Positions 58,201 through 64,000 of a DNA stretch of 64,000 nucleotides are shown in pieces (positions within the stretch are counted from its first letter, which is position 1; each line of letters opens with the position of its first letter). Source of the DNA: Anthoceros angustus. Taxonomy: Eukaryota > Plantae > Anthocerotophyta. The translations under genes and the position numbers were made by a program. The notes under the pieces were generated by a model. It was not told the DNA's origin and did no database searches. It was given only the letters and a program-made list of their open reading frames with translations. The stretch spans positions 248,001 through 312,000 of the forward strand of contig VJWM01000187.1 in the NCBI GenBank assembly GCA_010909165.1, given 5' to 3'.

Positions 58201-59073
58201 ACAGTCAATTTTTTGAGTGCTGTGTTATGCTGTTGCATAAAACTGTCAATGGTCCTGGCCGGCGTGAGAGGGCCAACCAAAGTGTAGACCCCTCGATCAC
58301 TCAAGGGATTGAGATTCACAGCTAGTTCAATCAGCTCTTGGTTAGTCCGCAGCATGCGATTAACAGCCTTAGCCCCTCTCTTGCAAAGCCTATTGGAAGC
58401 CCCTCCAATGAGCAGAGTTTGCAGAATCTGATGCAACATGAAAGTTAGCTTTTGCGAGCTACAACCCCCCACATAACCACCAACCAGTACAAGGATGGCA
58501 TACCGTATTCTCTGGTAGTCGGTGCTCAACTGCTGCCAGAGGCAGCAGCAGCTGCTCGAACCCAGTCTTCCCCTCAGCCCCAGTCCTCCCCAGGCAATTC
58601 GACGACAGATCCAGCTTCAACAAGCTTCTGTTGCTTCTCAAAGCCTCCCCCAGCGCCATGGCCCCTCTGTACCCGATGTTGGAGTGAGGCAGCTCCAAGG
58701 TCTTCAGACTCGATGTTGCTTTCAGCAGCATGGCGAACTCCTGGGCACCCGAGTCCCCCAGCGACCTCTGGAATCCTGCTCGTAACGTCTCGATGCTCCT
58801 GCTCTTGCATAACCCCCCGCAAAGCTCACGGGCATCTCGGCTCGTCATGCCCAGAGACCGCACATCCACTGTGGTGAGCGTATGTGACAATCCAATGACG
58901 GACATGAGCTTCCATCGAAAGTCCGGCTCATCCAGGAAGAAGGACACTTGAGTGTCGTCAATGCCTTCAAACCTTGTCATGCTTCTGATTTTGTCCAGAA
59001 AAAATCTGAGGAAATCAGGCAGCGGTGGATCGTCACAGTGCTGAGAGCCCGGAGGCGAGCTGCACGAAGCCAT
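55205..59073 (-). CDS. TORNADO1-like ROCO protein (RI-like LRRs - Roc - COR), multi-exon; 3' end uncertain
   Basis: LRRs: LKTLELPHSNIGYRGAMALGEALRSNRSLLKLDLSSNCLG. Roc: RIILCGHPDSG|K, KVSLWN and EEISYWLRFVAS. COR: LYHLHDAGEIILF, FIPVAL and YVGRRF. Confidence 0.78.
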
Positions 59074-59682
59074 TTTCCACAACCCTCTGTGACAGCATGA
59101 AACACTCAAAAGTCCTCCAGGCTCGAGTCGTGCCTGAACAGCTGCTCGGATTTCCCTTCACACACTTCACAGCAACTTCCGATGAAAGTAAGCAGTAACT
59201 TCCACCTTTCTGACTTTCTTGGTCTGTAATTTTCCGTCGTTAGCCAAAAGATATGTATCTACTTAGATCGTCCCTGAACCCATACTTATGGAAGCAGTTA
59301 GAAAATGCAAGCTTACCCATTATTAATGTATCTACATATCCAAAAAAAACAATTTAAAAGTCCACTAAGGACGGATGACCGTCTATGGGACTCAAATATG
59401 ACAAGTCCGGACTAGTTCTAGAGTTAAAATTCAGAAAATAAAATATTCAATTAATTAATTAAGAAGAAGAAGAATTCGATTGAAGTCCACCGAGGATGGA
59501 TTTCCGTCATGGGACTTGGTACTTAACAACTTGTACTATGGTGTGCCTAAGCTACTTGCACCAAGGGCATCCACTCCCTTCAGGCACCCCATCTAAGTAC
59601 CGATCTAAGCTCAGGATGCTTAATCACAACGTTCTTATAAAGGTGTGTCCATTTGGCCTAACGATATCAATGAAATTGCACA

Positions 59683-59810
59683 AACCAAGATTACACACCA
59701 TCAACTCATCTCCACGAAGAATTCATTGCGTGAACCAAGATTACACACCATCAAGTCATCTTCATGGAAGAAACCAAGATTATACACCATCAAGTCATCT
59801 CCACAGAGGA
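59683..59810. repeat. Three ~40-50 bp tandem repeats (AACCAAGATTACACACCATCAAxTCATCT)
   Basis: Visible directly. Confidence 0.8.
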
Positions 59811-59859
59811 AATCCACTTGATCTACAGTACGTGCAACTATGAAGCAACTATAAAGCAG

Positions 59860-62233
59860 GTAACTTCCCTTTCTTTGACTTCCATTGTAGCCGTGTAAGA
59901 TCTTCATTGTATCCTTCCTTAGAGTATTGTTAGTATGATCATTAATTTAAAAAGAAATAAAAAATAGAAAAAACTTTACCTTTTGAATTAATATTTGGGG
60001 CGATGTAATAAGACATATACTTGCTCTTTAAGAGTTTTCTTTTTCTCATCAATATGATTTGTAAAATCTTTATGTAATTTTAGCACATTATCGTATACGC
60101 TATAGTCCTTGTAAGCTTCATTTTCCAAAGCCTTGGATATAGCTTCTACCACAATGTTGCCTACATATTGAGTTTGTTTTACTTCATCTTGTTGTTGATT
60201 TAATTTGGATAGATATTCTACAATCCAATCATTATATTTTATCAATGATTGCAGTGCTTGTTGAAACCTTGGTTGAACCTGCCAACAAAAAAAGCAAATC
60301 AAAGAACCAGCAAGCTTAGCAACCTTGATAGTCAATATATGAGTTTCACATGCTTAAAAATTAATGAAGGGTACTAGTACATACAGGTATATTTTCACGT
60401 TGTGACACCAATATGTATGTAACTTTTTCATTAATTTTGGAACACAATGATGGCAATATTCCGTCACGAAAAAACTCAATCCTGGCAATCAACCACAAAT
60501 ATATTTTTTCAAGATTTTGTAGGACAAAAAAAACTGTTCGATACATCTTCTTCAATGTAAAAGGCCTCTTGTCTACTATAACAGTTGTTTCGTCAACAAA
60601 TTTAGTTGGTAAAGGTAAGTGAGATAAGTTGCCAGAATTATCAAAGAACTCCATATCAGGAACCTGTTGTCCAAACCTCCAACCGCATTGCGGTTTCTTG
60701 ACCCTTACTTTTATTTCGTCTAAATAAGTATCATTTATCTCTTGTATAGCCTCTCTAAAATCTGGATGGTTAGGTAGCGTCTTCTCACATTGCGAAGGTA
60801 CTAAAACATTTAGCATATCAATAGAAATATTTCCAGCTCGTTCAAGTGCAACTTGGTGCAATTGAAGCACAAACACATATGTCTCCACCCAGTTTTCATA
60901 ATAGATCATCTCCTCTATTAATGCTTCAATTTGTGGTGCTTCCTGCCATTGACAACAAAAAAATAATTAATAGGTGAAATGACATCCTGTGATGATCTAT
61001 GATCTCGTTCTCGTGAGTAGTACATGAACTAAGAATATAATTTTGGATCCAACTTACAGCTAACATTGTGTCAATGCAAGATCTTCTTTGAATTTCAGTT
61101 CCAGCTTCGGCTTGCTGTAAGTTTCGAATTCGATTTTGAAACACATTTTGAATCTTACTTTGTATATCTAGTAAGACCTCTTGCTTGAAATATGTCCTCC
61201 TCTCGCGAATTTTCTCCAAATAATCAAAAAACGATTTCATCTCTAATTGCCCAGTAACTGCATCACAAATGCAAACATTACCTAACACAATTTCCAATGC
61301 ATCATGTATTGATTTGTCTCCATTTGCAGGGGCAAGTGCTGCATATGGCTTATCCATTTCTTTATCTTCATATGCATCTACATTTGCAGGGGTATATTCT
61401 GCAAGCAATTTATCAATTGATCCATAACCATTTGCATTTTGGGGGGCAAGTCCTGCAGGCACCTCATCACCTCTTGCTTCTCCATTCATAAGTAATTGTG
61501 CTCGTTGCTCATCTATTTCTTCACAATCTTCATTCGCACGTGACTGCACGGGTGGCTTACCTTCTACTCCGCCTCCATATTCATTTGCGAAGAAAAATTC
61601 AGAAAAATTCAGAGAATCTACATCTCCATTTCCATTTGCAATTGCAAGTCCTGCAAGCTGGTTATCTATTATTCCATCTTCATTTGTTGCGCGAAGTACT
61701 CCAAACGGGTCATATCTCGTTTCATTTCCATATTCATTTTCAACAACAAGTCCTGCAAGCTGGTTATCTATTATTCCATCTCTATTTGTTGTGCGAAGTA
61801 CTCCAAACGTGTCATCTTTCATTCCATTTCCACCTTCATTTGCAATGGCAAGTCCTACAAACTGGTTGTCTAGTATTCCATCTTCATTTGCTACGCGAAG
61901 TACTCCAAACGGGCCATATCTCGTTTCATTTCCATATTCATTTGCATCAACAAGTCCTGCAAGCTGGATATCTATTATTCCACCTCCATTTCGTGCGGGA
62001 AGTACTCCAAATAGGTCATACATCGTTTCATCTCCATTTTCATTTGCAATAGCAAGTCCTACAAGCAGGTCATCTATTATTTCATTGCCAGGGCTTATTC
62101 CATCTTCATAATTCACGCCAACAAATCCTGCAAGCAACGAGTCACCTAGTGCTTCATAATTTCCATTCATCAGTGATCCTGAACGTAGCTCATCTTCTGC
62201 TTTCTTTTCGTCATCACCATTATCCCCATTCAT
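59860..62233 (-). CDS. Uncharacterised multi-exon protein with N-terminal acidic 17/34-aa tandem repeats
   Basis: ATG 62233 and a 435-codon ORF. Donor GTAAGT after DTMLA (~61057); acceptor GGCAG|GAAGCA (~60942) in frame with ORF 60361-60909; donor GTATGT at ~60385 to ORF 59988-60335. The last exon is tentative. No family recognised. Confidence 0.62.
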
Positions 62234-62429
62234 AAGATCAAATCTTGTATACAGTATAAGCGGAATGACACAAATAATTCACGCTAACAAAGTTTTGAAA
62301 AACTTCACCGTTTACACTAACCGTCTTCTCCAAGTAGTAGGAGATCCTCTTAGAGCTTGAAGGAGTGTGAGCTATGGGCCTCCTATATATAGTCAAGCAG
62401 ATGGGTTCACTTCTCCAAAAGAGGTAATA

Positions 62430-64000
62430 ACTTCTACTTTAAAACTTCAATAACTGCCATTTGCATTTGATCTTTAAAAAATATCAAAAAGGAAATATAA
62501 CAATACAAGAGAGTAGCAGCAAGATGGAAAGTACAAAGGCTCCAAGCTCCTGCAGGCTGCAGAAGAAGGAGCGGTGTCAGGGCCGTCGTTGAAGAGAATA
62601 TTTCGAAGTACAGTTCTTCAGGCTCCATGTGCGGACCTCGCAAGGCCGATCCATGTGGCGAAGTGCCGCCTGACAAGGCGGACTCTAATGCCCTCTATCC
62701 ATGGAGTAATACAAGGTGGCCCAATCCCCAGGCCCCTTCGCCGTCCCGTCTCATCCACACGCTCCTCAAAGCACTCTTACCCCGGCGCTCTCTGGCGGAA
62801 CTCTGGGCGAAACTCCCGGGCTCGTCCCATCTCCTGCCCTGCCCGTAGCAGCCTGCTCGCTTGGTACGCTCCTCGTCTCCTGCAGGCCCTCCTCGCCTCC
62901 ACCATGTTCTCGTAAGGATTCTTCTGTATTCTCTTTCGCATTGGTTGTACTCGTCACCGTCCACCTCTTCCTCATGGGGTTGTAGGGTTAGTCTGTGCGA
63001 GACCATCTGGATCTGGGAGTGCTTGTGCACTCTGGTGTTCGGACAAATCATTTATTCCCTCTTCACTATGTTCTTGTAAGAATTGTGGGTTCTCCCGCAT
63101 TGATTGATTGGGTTGCATCACTCGGGCTTGGTCATCTTCTCGTGATCGTGAGTGAGCTTTTTGCGAATTGGGCGTTGGGCTCTCGGAATGTGGATCCTGA
63201 GGTCCAGCTGTCCTTGTTGTGCACGTTTCCCGTTTTGTGGGTCGGTGTGGGTTTGCAAGCTTGTTTTCCACCTTCCTTCTGTCCATGAGTGTCATGTGTG
63301 TCTGTAGTCCCAGAACCGTTACGGAAGCTTCTTGTCTGTCTGGCTTCCTTGCACCAATTTTGTAGTTCTACACGCTCGGTGTTCTCTTGGAGTGTGCAAT
63401 TCGTGAAGCAATGTGGCTTAGATGACCCAAAGGAAGTGTGTGGTGAGACAGAACTGTTTCTGTGCTCTGACGTGCGTGATGCCAGGTGCAGGAGATCGAT
63501 GAAGGAGTGAGGGTCGATTCCGACGGCGTGTCCCGCGCGAAATTGCAGAATTTGAAGAGGCCTGGTGCGTCTGAGTAAGGAATCAAACGCTGGCATTCCA
63601 GGGCTGTGGCTGCCGCGTCCCTGCAGGGGTGAGGAGGAGAGGAGAGGAGAGTAGAGCAGAGCAGGATGACGGCGGCCACGATCAGCCCGCAGGAGGTGGA
63701 ATCTATAGCCCCACACAATGTGGGGCAATCGGGATGCTCCAGCGTGAACGGGTGCAAGCTGGGTAAGGACCCGGACCCGGAGGTGGAGGTGGAGGAGGAG
63801 GAGCGGGAGCGGGAGCTGGGGGTGGCCGAGGCCGAGGCCGCGGCCGCGGAGGGGGCTGGGGAATGGGAGGACCTGGACAGCCATAGCCGAGCTGTGGGGG
63901 ACACGGAGCACAGCTGGTGCAGGGCTGTGGACGCGGGCACCGGGATCACCGTCCTGGCGCTGCTCTTCTCGGAGCCCCTGGAGACGCAAGCTCTGCAGCG
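62430..64000 (-). other. Unidentified GC-rich, possibly coding region running off the window end
   Basis: Overlapping long minus-strand ORFs (63132-63989, 63368-63949) and a pyrimidine tract plus CAG acceptor near 63625. No recognisable domain. Confidence 0.3.

Overview
Eukaryotic (land-plant) nuclear DNA, most likely a hornwort such as Anthoceros; this is inferred from PLS-class PPR genes with a PGxxWWTD ('WW-type') box and compact GT-AG introns. No prokaryotic, rRNA, tRNA or CRISPR features are seen. 1-26 kb: a tandemly repeated PPR-pseudogene/GH17 beta-1,3-glucanase cassette, interrupted by a 14-kb Ty3/gypsy (Athila/Tat-like) element with 3.6-4.6 kb LTRs and by a related 2.55-kb solo LTR whose empty site is also in the window. 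26-39.5 kb: two divergent paralogous PPR editing-factor genes lacking a DYW domain, flanking an intact four-exon RPL10A gene. 40-51.8 kb: a pogo-type DNA transposon that has captured intron-containing exons of Leo1/VIP4, followed by a CRE-like RLE non-LTR element between minisatellite arrays. 52-64 kb: a zf-MYND/MSS51-like gene, a TORNADO1-like LRR-Roc-COR gene with degenerate G motifs, an orphan gene with 17/34-aa repeats, and an unidentified region. The first 49 kb holds at least eight 0.6-1.9 kb head-to-tail duplications, several joined at 7-10 bp microhomologies. The copies differ mainly by 1-3 bp deletions, so under-polished long-read assembly artefact is a serious alternative explanation, and frameshifts there cannot be trusted as real pseudogenisation.
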